DNA of 64,000 bases from Acidimicrobiia bacterium (GTDB lineage: Bacteria > Actinomycetota > Acidimicrobiia > IMCC26256 > PALSA-610): assembly GCA_038240075.1 (NCBI GenBank), contig JBBSEC010000004.1:9674-73673 (forward strand). The letters are read 5' to 3'. The translations under genes were made by a program, and so were the position numbers. The notes below the pieces were generated by a model. The model was not told the origin of the DNA. It was given only the letters and a program-made list of their open reading frames with translations, and made no database searches. Position 1 is the first letter of the stretch; each line of letters opens with the position of its first letter. Positions 35,348 through 42,831 of this stretch are shown in pieces.

Positions 35348-35587
35348 ACCGTGTCCCGCATCCCCGATGCATCGGTGTACCCCGACTTTGAACTGTCCGA
35401 CGGCACGGTTGACCGTCAAGAGCGCGATCGTCTCGACGAGGACGGCGCATCGACATCGCGCGCCGGACGCGCGTCGAGCCTGTCGTCGCGTTCACGACAA
35501 CACGACGCTCGCGCGCCGACGCGTTCAATCATCTCGCGACACCGGTGCTCTCCATGGCCGTCTAAGACGATCACGACCCAGAAGGGC

Positions 35588-35788
35588 TCACCAGGCGGCC
35601 GGGCGGTGCCGCGGGCGGTTGAGGAGCTGCTCAAGCGCGTTGCGGGGAACCACGATCCGTCGGCCGAGGCGGACGTGCGCGATGTCACCGCGCGCGACGA
35701 GCTCGTAAGCGTGGGTTCTCGAGATACCGAGCAGCACCGCGGTCTGGGTGACCGTGTAGACGAGCGGCAGTTCGATCGATTCACTCAT
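35588..35788 (-). CDS. xis: Excisionase-family helix-turn-helix DNA-binding protein
   Basis: ORF 35588..35824 trimmed to an ATG with AAGGAG 7 nt upstream. MSESIELPLVYTVTQTAVLLGISRTHAYELVARGDIAHVRLGRRIVVPRNALEQLL is a typical MerR-like Xis/HTH_17 pattern. Confidence 0.8.
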   Translation of the reverse strand: MSESIELPLVYTVTQTAVLLGISRTHAYELVARGDIAHVRLGRRIVVPRNALEQLLNRPRHRPAAW

Positions 35789-36029
35789 CGTTGACTCCTT
35801 GATCGGGAAACCGGAACACGACAACGCCGACGCGATCCGGTCTCATGGACTGCGCGACACGCTTCCGAACGGGTTGCGTACCTCTGTGTGCCAATGAACA
35901 CCCGCGATCGGAACCAGAATCTGCGAAACATGCGTGACGCCACGGAAATGTCGCTGCGCGCACGGTCCGCGACAGCAAACGCTCGAGATTTCTGCGGCGG
36001 CGATCCTCTGACCAGGACCGGTGAGCGCA

Positions 36030-36086
36030 TTGGTGGGTGTCTTGGTGAGTCACTTCGACCGTTTGGTGGGTGTCTTGGTGAGTCAC
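36030..36086 (+). repeat. Copies R1 and R2: two identical 24-nt direct repeats separated by 9 nt
   Basis: TTGGTGGGTGTCTTGGTGAGTCAC at 36030-36053 and again at 36063-36086. Each unit contains TTGGTG twice. They lie ~240-300 nt upstream of xis. Confidence 0.85.
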
Positions 36087-36310
36087 CACGCTCGGGCAGG
36101 GGCCGACGACCTGCGCGTGCGATCGAGCAGCGAGACCACCGGCGGAGGCGCGTCGAGTCGCACGATTCCGTCGCCGACGCGGCGCCGCTCGGGCCCGCGG
36201 GCCATCGAAACCGGCCGCGTTCGAGCGCGTGCTCGTCGCACGATCGCGACTCACCAGGAACCGTCCGCTGGTTCCGCTTTGCGGAACCACCATGTGTGCT
36301 CTACCTAGTC

Positions 36311-36334
36311 ATCGCTCACCAACAACCCCACCAA
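36311..36334 (-). repeat. Copy R3 of the 24-nt repeat family (inverted relative to R1/R2)
   Basis: Minus-strand reading TTGGTGGGGTTGTTGGTGAGCGAT matches R1 at 18/24 positions. Confidence 0.5.
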
Positions 36335-36431
36335 ACATTCCTCGCCCGCGATGAAGAAATTCGTTCCGATCGTGCTCTCCGATTCGCACACATGACCGTG
36401 AACGAATCACGTCGCGCCTCCGCCATCGATC

Positions 36432-36728
36432 TCAGCCCCGTCCGACACCGACGACGCCCGCGACGATCTCCGCGTCGTCGTCCGCCTCGTCCGACACCGA
36501 GTCAGCGAATGCCGCACCCACGATCGCCGTCCGGCGTCCGCCGGTTCCACACAGTGAAACCGGCAAGTCTGTGCCCACTTTTGACAACGTGTCAGAGCCT
36601 CGCGGGAGCCTCGACGACGACGGTGTCGAGACACACGAGGCCGATGATCGAGTGCTTCGATGCGCGGCACCGAACTCGAGGAAGTCGGGCGACGCGACGT
36701 CTCCGAGCGTCAGGGGACTCGCGATCAC
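36432..36728 (-). CDS. Hypothetical protein (weak call)
   Basis: ORF 98 aa in the track with a GTG start. GC3 is high at both ends, and the tail is acidic (SDEADDDAEIV). No motif recognised. Confidence 0.25.
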   Translation of the reverse strand: MIASPLTLGDVASPDFLEFGAAHRSTRSSASCVSTPSSSRLPRGSDTLSKVGTDLPVSLCGTGGRRTAIVGAAFADSVSDEADDDAEIVAGVVGVGRG

Positions 36729-36868
36729 AGTGTCCGGTCTCGATCGTGCCGACGATGTCCCGCCGACCGCCGTCGTCTCACGAGAGCCAGGACGTGCAGG
36801 CGCCGGCTTCGCTCACGCTGCCGCGACGTGCGGGGCCAAGCCAATGCGCCCGCCCGCACAGCGAATCC

Positions 36869-37045
36869 TCAGGAAACCCAGTTGAGGATCGCGTTGAGGA
36901 TCTCGGGTGCCGTGAGCTCATCATTCGGTCGGTCGGGAAATGTCCGACGATCCCCGGCCCAGCCGAGCAGCAGTTCAGTACGGTGAGCGCGCACGGGATC
37001 GAACTCCGATGCGCTCAAACGTGCCCTCGATTCCCGCGCGTCCAT
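36869..37045 (-). CDS. Hypothetical small protein, 58 aa (weak call)
   Basis: Own translation: MDARESRARLSASEFDPVRAHRTELLLGWAGDRRTFPDRPNDELTAPEILNAILNWVS. It starts 27 nt after the DUF2293 stop and is below the ORF-track length cutoff. Confidence 0.25.
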   Translation of the reverse strand: MDARESRARLSASEFDPVRAHRTELLLGWAGDRRTFPDRPNDELTAPEILNAILNWVS

Positions 37046-37072
37046 GCGCCCAGACTGCCCGCTCGGTGCTCG

Positions 37073-37780
37073 TCATGCGAGAGCAGATCCGTCGTGTCGG
37101 TGCGCGTCGAGGAAGGCATCGACGTCGCGTTGCGCCGCTCGTTTGATTTCCTGGTAGTCGACGTACTCGAGGTCGTCGAGGTCATCGAGGTCGCCAAGAT
37201 CGATCTCGAACACGTCGATGCCGGCGAGTTTCTGCTCGTAGTCGGTGTGGCGGTGGCGGATGTAAGCCCGAGCGGCCAGCGCCGCCCGCTCTTCCAAAGG
37301 CAACGTTGCTGTCCGCCCAACGCGGCCGCTGCCGACCACGGCGGCCTGCTCCGCGGCGCCGACCGCGATCTCTTCCGCCAGCGCGGCGTGCTCGGCCGTG
37401 AAGTCAAGCCAGGCTCGCACGGCGGCGGCGAATTCGTCCCGGTAGCGGACCTCGCCGCGCTCGCGTTGCCGAGCGCCAGCGACACGCTGCTTCGCGCGTC
37501 GCTCCGCCGTCTTCTCGGCTTCCTTCTGCGCCGTCGAGATCGTCGTCGCCGGCGCGAGCAGGCCGAGACTGCGACGATGCGGACGGTTCCGGCCCCGAGG
37601 CTGCCACAACAACCAGAAGACACCCGCCGCTTTCACTTGACGGGTGACGAACGCCTCACCGGTCGGCAGTTGCTCCCACCCATCGGGTATCTCGAGCGCA
37701 CCGTGCTCAGGGTTCCAGAGTCCGTCTCTGGTGTCATACACGTCGAGATTCAGCTCGGCAGGGTCGTCGGCACCCATCCC
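37073..37780 (-). CDS. DUF2293-like protein
   Basis: ORF 37073..38089 trimmed to the ATG at MGADDPAELNLDVYD. The C-terminal segment AARAYIRHRHTDYEQKL resembles the conserved IRHxHTxYD core of DUF2293. Confidence 0.55.
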   Translation of the reverse strand, partial: GMGADDPAELNLDVYDTRDGLWNPEHGALEIPDGWEQLPTGEAFVTRQVKAAGVFWLLWQPRGRNRPHRRSLGLLAPATTISTAQKEAEKTAERRAKQRVAGARQRERGEVRYRDEFAAAVRAWLDFTAEHAALAEEIAVGAAEQAAVVGSGRVGRTATLPLEERAALAARAYIRHRHTDYEQKLAGIDVFEIDLGDLDDLDDLEYVDYQEIKRAAQRDVDAFLDAHRHDGSALA

Positions 37781-37882
37781 CCAAAGTCTTGCCGCGAACA
37801 CCACCCCCGAGACAAGCGCCACACGCGAAATGCCCGCCCCGTCGGGCTCGCATAACGAGCTCCGACCGGGCAATATGGGCGG

Positions 37883-38077
37883 GTGGCAGTGGAGCAGGGA
37901 GATGCCCCGACGACGGCGCGCCCTGCCGAATTTCAGTCCGTACAACTTCGTTGCGCGTTCTGCGAACAGCGGGTAGCCGCGCACCACGGAGTGGCCGGAA
38001 AGGCGTTCATCTGCTTCGATTGCGTCGACGCGATCAACCGATTTCGAGCCGAGTCGTCGGGCTCCTCCGCCGGGTAG
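37883..38077 (+). CDS. Small ClpX-type C4 zinc-finger protein
   Basis: ORF 64 aa (GTG). LRCAFCEQRVAAHHGVAGKAFICFDCVDAI matches the ClpX N-terminal zinc-finger pattern CxFC...AG...ICxxC. Divergent from the DUF2293 gene. Confidence 0.5.
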   Translation: MAVEQGDAPTTARPAEFQSVQLRCAFCEQRVAAHHGVAGKAFICFDCVDAINRFRAESSGSSAG

Positions 38078-38277
38078 AGCGCGGACCACTGCATACAGAT
38101 CTGTAGATATTCCGGTAATCGGTGATGTTGGCGACCCTGATACGCGCCGTCGTTCACGATTGTCCGGCGTAGCGGCTGACTCGCTACAACGCGTCGCTAC
38201 CGGTCGCGGTTATGCGCACGGTCAGCATTCGGGACGCCGGAGACAGCCGATCGCGTGAGCCCGATCTCGAGCGGCGT

Positions 38278-39441
38278 TCAGTTCCGGCCACCTCCGCGCG
38301 CTTGCCGATCGAGCAGCGCGCCGCGCAGATCCGCGGCGTCTTGGTCGGTGGCTTCGACAAAGTGCGAGTAGATGTTGAGCGTGGTCGCGGAATTGGAGTG
38401 TCCGAGGCGCCCGGACACGGTTCGCACGGACACGCCGGCGGCGATGAGCCGCGTGGCCACATAGTGGCGCATGTCGTGCAGACGAACGTGTTCGAGACCG
38501 ACTCGGCTGCGCAGGCGCGCGAAACGCTGCGTCGCCGAGTTCGGTTGCCAGGGTGCCGACCCGTCGGCCTCGTACGAGAACACGTAGCCATCCGTGCCGA
38601 GTGCAACACCGCACGCGGCCGCGGTTTTCTCGCAACGAGCTCGATGCTCCGACAATGCATCGACGGTCCCGATGTCGAGCGCGATCCGCCGCGCCTGATG
38701 CGTCTTCGTGTCTTTCTCGACGACCCCGCCACCGCCGTTCACAACGCTGCGCGAGATGAGCACCGCCCGGCCGTCGAAATCGATCGACTTCCACCGCAGA
38801 CCGAGCAGCTCTCCGCGCCGAGCACCGGTCGCGGCAGCGAGACGAACGAACATCGCGAAGTCAGGATCGTCTCGCTCGCAGAAGTCGAGCAGCGTCGCGA
38901 CGTCGTCCGGCGTCGGTGGCCGCGGCTCGATCTTCATGGTGCGCGGCGGCGTGGCGTTGATCGCGGGATTCGTGGCCAGCCAGCCCCATCGCACTCCCTG
39001 TTGGAGGGAAGCGCGGACGATGTTGTGCATGCGTCGCACCGTGCGCGGAGCGAGCGGCTTGCCGTCGCGGCCGCCGCCCTTGCGCATCGCCGCGTAGAAC
39101 TGGTCGAGCTTCACCGCGGTGATCTTCCGCAGTGCCACCCGGCCGAGCGCCGGCAACACGTAGGCGTCGCAGTACCACTCGGTCACCTGCAGCGTGCTCG
39201 GCGACCAGTCGGGGCCTGCGGTTTCGAGCCACTTGGCGATCAGGTCGCCGAGCGTCGCGCTTGTGGCCACCTGTTCGCCCTGGCCCGCCGACACCAGCAG
39301 CTTGGCCAACTCGGCCTCGGCGTGCTTCTTCGTGCCCCGCACCGTGCGGGTGACGTGACGCCGACGGCCGGTGATCGGATCGTCGCCGCCGGACACGATC
39401 AGCTGCCAGCTCTCGCCCCGCTTTCGGAGGTATCCACGCAT
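38278..39441 (-). CDS. int: Tyrosine-type site-specific integrase
   Basis: ORF 38278..39519 trimmed to the ATG at MRGYLRKRGESWQLIV (typical integrase N-terminus). Catalytic region ARRGELLGLRW ... HDMRHYVAT ... LGHSNSATTLNIYSH. Adjacent to the tRNA-Ala gene. Confidence 0.9.
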   Translation of the reverse strand: MRGYLRKRGESWQLIVSGGDDPITGRRRHVTRTVRGTKKHAEAELAKLLVSAGQGEQVATSATLGDLIAKWLETAGPDWSPSTLQVTEWYCDAYVLPALGRVALRKITAVKLDQFYAAMRKGGGRDGKPLAPRTVRRMHNIVRASLQQGVRWGWLATNPAINATPPRTMKIEPRPPTPDDVATLLDFCERDDPDFAMFVRLAAATGARRGELLGLRWKSIDFDGRAVLISRSVVNGGGGVVEKDTKTHQARRIALDIGTVDALSEHRARCEKTAAACGVALGTDGYVFSYEADGSAPWQPNSATQRFARLRSRVGLEHVRLHDMRHYVATRLIAAGVSVRTVSGRLGHSNSATTLNIYSHFVEATDQDAADLRGALLDRQARGGGRN

Positions 39442-39458
39442 GCGGGCGAAGCTAACTC

Positions 39459-39479
39459 GGTTGACAAATTGTTGACAAG
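39459..39479 (+). promoter_or_regulatory. GGTTGACAAATTGTTGACAAG motif (arm-type integrase site / int promoter region candidate)
   Basis: Matches 33311-33330 apart from a 1-nt length difference. Lies 18-38 nt upstream of the int start, between int and the tRNA. Confidence 0.45.
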
Positions 39480-39543
39480 ACCATCCGGCGGCCCGGCACT
39501 GGGCGGTCCGACCGGACATTCGGGCCTCTGAACTGGACTTTCT

Positions 39544-39620
39544 TGGTGGAGGTGATGGGACTTGAACCCACGACTTCTACGTTGCGAACGTAGCGCTCTA
39601 CCGGGCTGAGCTACACCCCC
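39544..39620 (-). tRNA. tRNA-Ala (anticodon CGC), CCA encoded
   Basis: The reverse complement folds by hand into a cloverleaf: GGGGGTG-TA-GCTC-AGCCCGGTA-GAGC-G-CTACG-TTCGCAA-CGTAG-AAGTC-GTGGG-TTCAAGT-CCCAT-CACCTCC-A-CCA. G3:U70 Ala identity pair present. 77 nt. Confidence 0.9.
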
Positions 39621-39749
39621 CGGAACCGATGAGGCTAGCAAAGCGTCTCTCGGGCCCAACGGGTCGGATCGGTGATTGATGGACCGTCAATACCCGTGAG
39701 AGGCATTGGATGTCCATCGAACGCCGCGCAGCCCGCGACCCGGGGCGCG

Positions 39750-40391
39750 TCAGGCGCGTTGCGAGCCGGTGGCGGCGTCGATGGAGGCCTGGAGGCGAGA
39801 CGCGACGATCGTGGTGGTGAGGTCGCCGCGGGTGCGCTCGAGGACGGCGCGCAACGCGTCGGTGGTCCGGCGCAGGCCGCCGGTCACGACGTCGGGGTAG
39901 TCGATCGTGGCGAGCACCGAGTAGACGTCGTCCATCGCGGCCATCAACGACTCACCGCGCTCGAGCTCGCCGCGCCGCAGGCAGTCGAGCACCTGGCGCC
40001 GCAGCTCGCTCGCAGCTTCCGCCATGCCGTTGAGGTACGCCGACGCGTCGACACCGAGCTCGTCGGCACCGGGGAGCGCGTCGCCACGCACGAGCGCGAG
40101 CGTCAGCCACGCCTCCACGACCTCTTTGCGCGCGTCGTGAATCGGACCGTTGCCGCGCAGGTCGGGCTGCGACGTGAGCGCGGCGTCGGCCTGCGCGAGC
40201 TGCGCGCGGGCGTCGCCGGCGAGGTCGGCCGCGTTGTCGAACTCGCCGCGATGCGTCGCGCGGATCGAAGCGGCTGACGACTGGATCGCCCGCCGCGACG
40301 CGCTGAGCACCACCTCACGCGCCTGATGCTTCTCTTCGAGCGTCTGCCGGCACGCCGCGCCGATCGCAGCGATCTCGGCGGCCCGCTCCAT
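39750..40391 (-). CDS. Translin-family protein
   Basis: ORF 213 aa, all-helical in appearance. AYLNGMAEAASELRRQVLDCLRRG resembles the Translin/TRAX YLxGxxDxxGELRR motif. Confidence 0.6.
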   Translation of the reverse strand: MERAAEIAAIGAACRQTLEEKHQAREVVLSASRRAIQSSAASIRATHRGEFDNAADLAGDARAQLAQADAALTSQPDLRGNGPIHDARKEVVEAWLTLALVRGDALPGADELGVDASAYLNGMAEAASELRRQVLDCLRRGELERGESLMAAMDDVYSVLATIDYPDVVTGGLRRTTDALRAVLERTRGDLTTTIVASRLQASIDAATGSQRA

Positions 40392-40402
40392 CAGCGGGAA
40401 GG

Positions 40403-41005
40403 CTACGAAGACGCCGTGCGGCGCAGCGCGTACGCGGCAACCGGACGCGGGCGAACCTGCGGCAGGTAGTGCACCGTGCGCTTGCGGTCGACGCCGTTGT
40501 TCTTGAACCAGAGCATGCCGACGACGTAGCCGAGCAGCGCCACATCACACAGGATCTGCAGTCCCCACAGCGCGCTCGCACCAATCGCGGACGCGACCGC
40601 GGCCGTGAGCATCGTGGTGGTGAACAGCACCGTGACGACCTCGCGGCGACGGCGCGCCGAGCGCTCCGCGGCCCGCGTGCGCATCGGTTCGACGGGGCCG
40701 GTCAACGCGGCCGGGGTTCGGCTCACGCGCGCGGTTCGGCGGCGAGCGTCGAGCGGGGCACCGACACGAGGCATCGGCGCGAGGGCGGCGTGCGGACCCT
40801 GGGTCACACGACCCTGCTTCGCGAGCGAAGCGGCACGCGCACGCCCGCCGCGACGCGAGTGCGAACGGGCGAGCACACCGAGGCGATTCTGGAAGTCACC
40901 GATCGAGTCGCCGCGGTTCCGGGAGTCGTTTCGCGCCCTCAACACGGGAGGGACGAGAACGACGATCCAGGCGACCGCAAGGACTCCGAGAAACAATTTC
41001 GGCAA
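40403..41005 (-). CDS. Membrane protein, SepX/GlpR-like (divisome-associated family) candidate
   Basis: ORF 40403..41473 trimmed to a TTG after GGAGAGG/AAAGGAG. N-terminal TM plus basic stretch LPKLFLGVLAVAWIVVLVPPVLRARNDSRN, and a C-terminal TM pair. The start is uncertain. Confidence 0.4.
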   Translation of the reverse strand: MPKLFLGVLAVAWIVVLVPPVLRARNDSRNRGDSIGDFQNRLGVLARSHSRRGGRARAASLAKQGRVTQGPHAALAPMPRVGAPLDARRRTARVSRTPAALTGPVEPMRTRAAERSARRRREVVTVLFTTTMLTAAVASAIGASALWGLQILCDVALLGYVVGMLWFKNNGVDRKRTVHYLPQVRPRPVAAYALRRTASS

Positions 41006-41199
41006 GACTCCTTTGCCCCTCTCCGGATCGACGACGTTATTGCCGGGCGCGCGAAAACGGGTGGACCCCGGCTGGCGACAGTCTTGCGCCCAGTCGGGGG
41101 CACGAGTCAAACCCCCACCCTCTGACCTGCAGCGATTCCGAATCGTCAGTCGAAAATCGGTCGCGCGCGGTTGCTGAGAGGCGTCCGAGACGGCCCGTC

Positions 41200-41712
41200 T
41201 CAGAGGTCGAAGTCGTCGGGGCCCGACTTCGGGCGGCGCCACGTTCCGGAGCGCCCGCCGTTCTTCTCCCAGAGCTGCAGCTCGCCGATCGTCATCGAGC
41301 GGTCGATCGACTTGCACATGTCGTAGATCGTGAGCGCCGCGATCGTGCACGCGGTCATCGCTTCCATCTCGACACCGGTGCGATCGATCGTGTCGACCTG
41401 GGTCTCGATCTCGACGTGGCTGTCTTCGATGCGGAAGTTCACGTAGACGGAACCGACCAGCAGCGGATGGCACAGCGGCAGCAGGTTCGAGGTCTGTTTC
41501 GCAGCCTGGATGCCCGCGACCCGCGCGACGGCGAACACGTCACCCTTCGTGATCGCGCCGGACGCGATCGCGGAGACGGTGTTGGACTCCATGTAGACCC
41601 GGCAGCGCGCCACCGCCCTGCGGTGCGTCGCGTCCTTGGAGGTCACGTCGACCATCCGGGCACGTCCGAGCGGGTCGAGGTGGGTGAACTCCGAGGCGGG
41701 CATGGGACTCAA
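41200..41712 (-). CDS. moaC: Cyclic pyranopterin monophosphate synthase MoaC
   Basis: ORF 170 aa. MVDVTSKDATHRRAVA..., LLPLCHPL, DRTGVEMEAMTA and IYDMCK are all MoaC hallmarks. Confidence 0.9.
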   Translation of the reverse strand: MSPMPASEFTHLDPLGRARMVDVTSKDATHRRAVARCRVYMESNTVSAIASGAITKGDVFAVARVAGIQAAKQTSNLLPLCHPLLVGSVYVNFRIEDSHVEIETQVDTIDRTGVEMEAMTACTIAALTIYDMCKSIDRSMTIGELQLWEKNGGRSGTWRRPKSGPDDFDL

Positions 41713-41760
41713 GTCTACGACCGGTACCCGGCCCGGCCCCGGAAGCTCGCTCCGACGGGG

Positions 41761-42831
41761 CTATCCGCCGATCTGGCTCATCGAGCGGCCGGGACGGATG
41801 AAGTCGACCTGCCCGATCCGGTGGCCGGCCCACTTCGTGCCCACCGCCGCGACGAGCGCCTCGGCCAGCCGGTCGTCGAGCGCTTCATCGTCGTGATCGG
41901 GGTCGTCGAGGCCGCCGGGACCGCGCACGAGCGAGCGGAGATCGGTCTCGTCGAGTGCGAACAGGCACGTGCGCAGCTTGCCCTCGGCCGTGAGCCGCAC
42001 CCGGTCGCAGTTGTCGCAGAACGGCTCGGTCACCGACGCGATGACGCCGACGTCGCCGATCCCGTCGCGGTAGCGGTACCGCGCCGCGGGCTCGATGTGG
42101 CCGCCCGGGGTCTCGATGTCGACCTCGACCGTCGGCGTGGGCTCGAGCGGGAAGACCGCGTCGATGCGCTCGAGGATCTCGGCCGCAGGCACCACCTTGT
42201 CGCGGCTCCAGGCCTCGTCGGCGTCGAGGGGCATGAACTCGATGAAGCGCATGCCGACGCCCTTCTCCCGCCCGAACGCGGCGAGGTCGACGACCTCGGT
42301 GTCGTTGACGCCCCGCATCACGACGCAGTTGACCTTCACGGGCCGCATCCCCGCGTCGAGCGCGGCATCGATGCCGGCCAGCACCCGGTCGAGCTCGTCG
42401 CGGCGGGTGAGAGCGAGGAACACATCCCGGCGGAGGGAGTCGAGGGAGACGTTGACCCGCTCGAGCCCGGCCGCGGCGAGGTCGTGCGCGGCCTCGGGGA
42501 GCTTCACCCCGTTGGTGGTCAGCGCCAGGTCGACGCCCAACGGAGCCAGCAGCTCGATCAGACGGACGATGTGGGCCCGGATGAGCGGCTCACCGCCGGT
42601 GAGGCGGATCGACTCGAAGCCGAACCGGGTGACGCACACGCGGGCGATCCGGGCGATCTCCTCATAGGTGAGGAGCTGATCGCGGGGCAGCCAGTCCATG
42701 CCTTCGGACGGCATGCAGTAGGTGCAGCGGAAATTGCACCGGTCGGTGATCGAGATGCGCAGGTCCCGGACGCGGCGCGCGTGGGCGTCGACAATGGGAA
42801 CCGGGGTGCCTACCGGTTCGCTCGCAATCAT
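41761..42831 (-). CDS. moaA: GTP 3',8-cyclase MoaA (radical SAM)
   Basis: ORF 41761..42852. ATG at MIASEP preferred (GTG 21 nt upstream is also possible). LRISITDRCNFRCTYCMP is the CxxxCxxC radical SAM motif. C-terminal CDNCDRVRLTAEGKLRTC. Confidence 0.9.
   Translation of the reverse strand: MIASEPVGTPVPIVDAHARRVRDLRISITDRCNFRCTYCMPSEGMDWLPRDQLLTYEEIARIARVCVTRFGFESIRLTGGEPLIRAHIVRLIELLAPLGVDLALTTNGVKLPEAAHDLAAAGLERVNVSLDSLRRDVFLALTRRDELDRVLAGIDAALDAGMRPVKVNCVVMRGVNDTEVVDLAAFGREKGVGMRFIEFMPLDADEAWSRDKVVPAAEILERIDAVFPLEPTPTVEVDIETPGGHIEPAARYRYRDGIGDVGVIASVTEPFCDNCDRVRLTAEGKLRTCLFALDETDLRSLVRGPGGLDDPDHDDEALDDRLAEALVAAVGTKWAGHRIGQVDFIRPGRSMSQIGG

Larger units (their letters stand above)
33164..39591 (-). 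mobile_element. Small integrative element (~6.4 kb) in tRNA-Ala(CGC) with intact int and xis
   Basis: 43-nt exact direct repeats at both ends. The tyrosine integrase gene starts ~100 nt from the tRNA. Also present are an excisionase-type HTH gene, shared GTTGACAAA(A/T)TGTTGACA motifs inside both ends, and an interior that looks more A/T-rich by eye. Confidence 0.8.

Noticed and set aside
35888-37855. 655-aa plus-strand ORF across the interior of the integrative element
   Set aside because: Arg/Pro/Ser-rich with no motifs. It overlaps the better-supported minus-strand DUF2293-like gene and the repeat region, so I treat it as a GC-driven open frame.
39442-39519. 26-codon N-terminal extension of the integrase ORF
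   Set aside because: The extension (MSGRTAQCRAAGWSCQQFVNRVSFAR) covers the GTTGACA repeat motif region. MRGYLRKRGESWQ is the typical integrase N-terminus.
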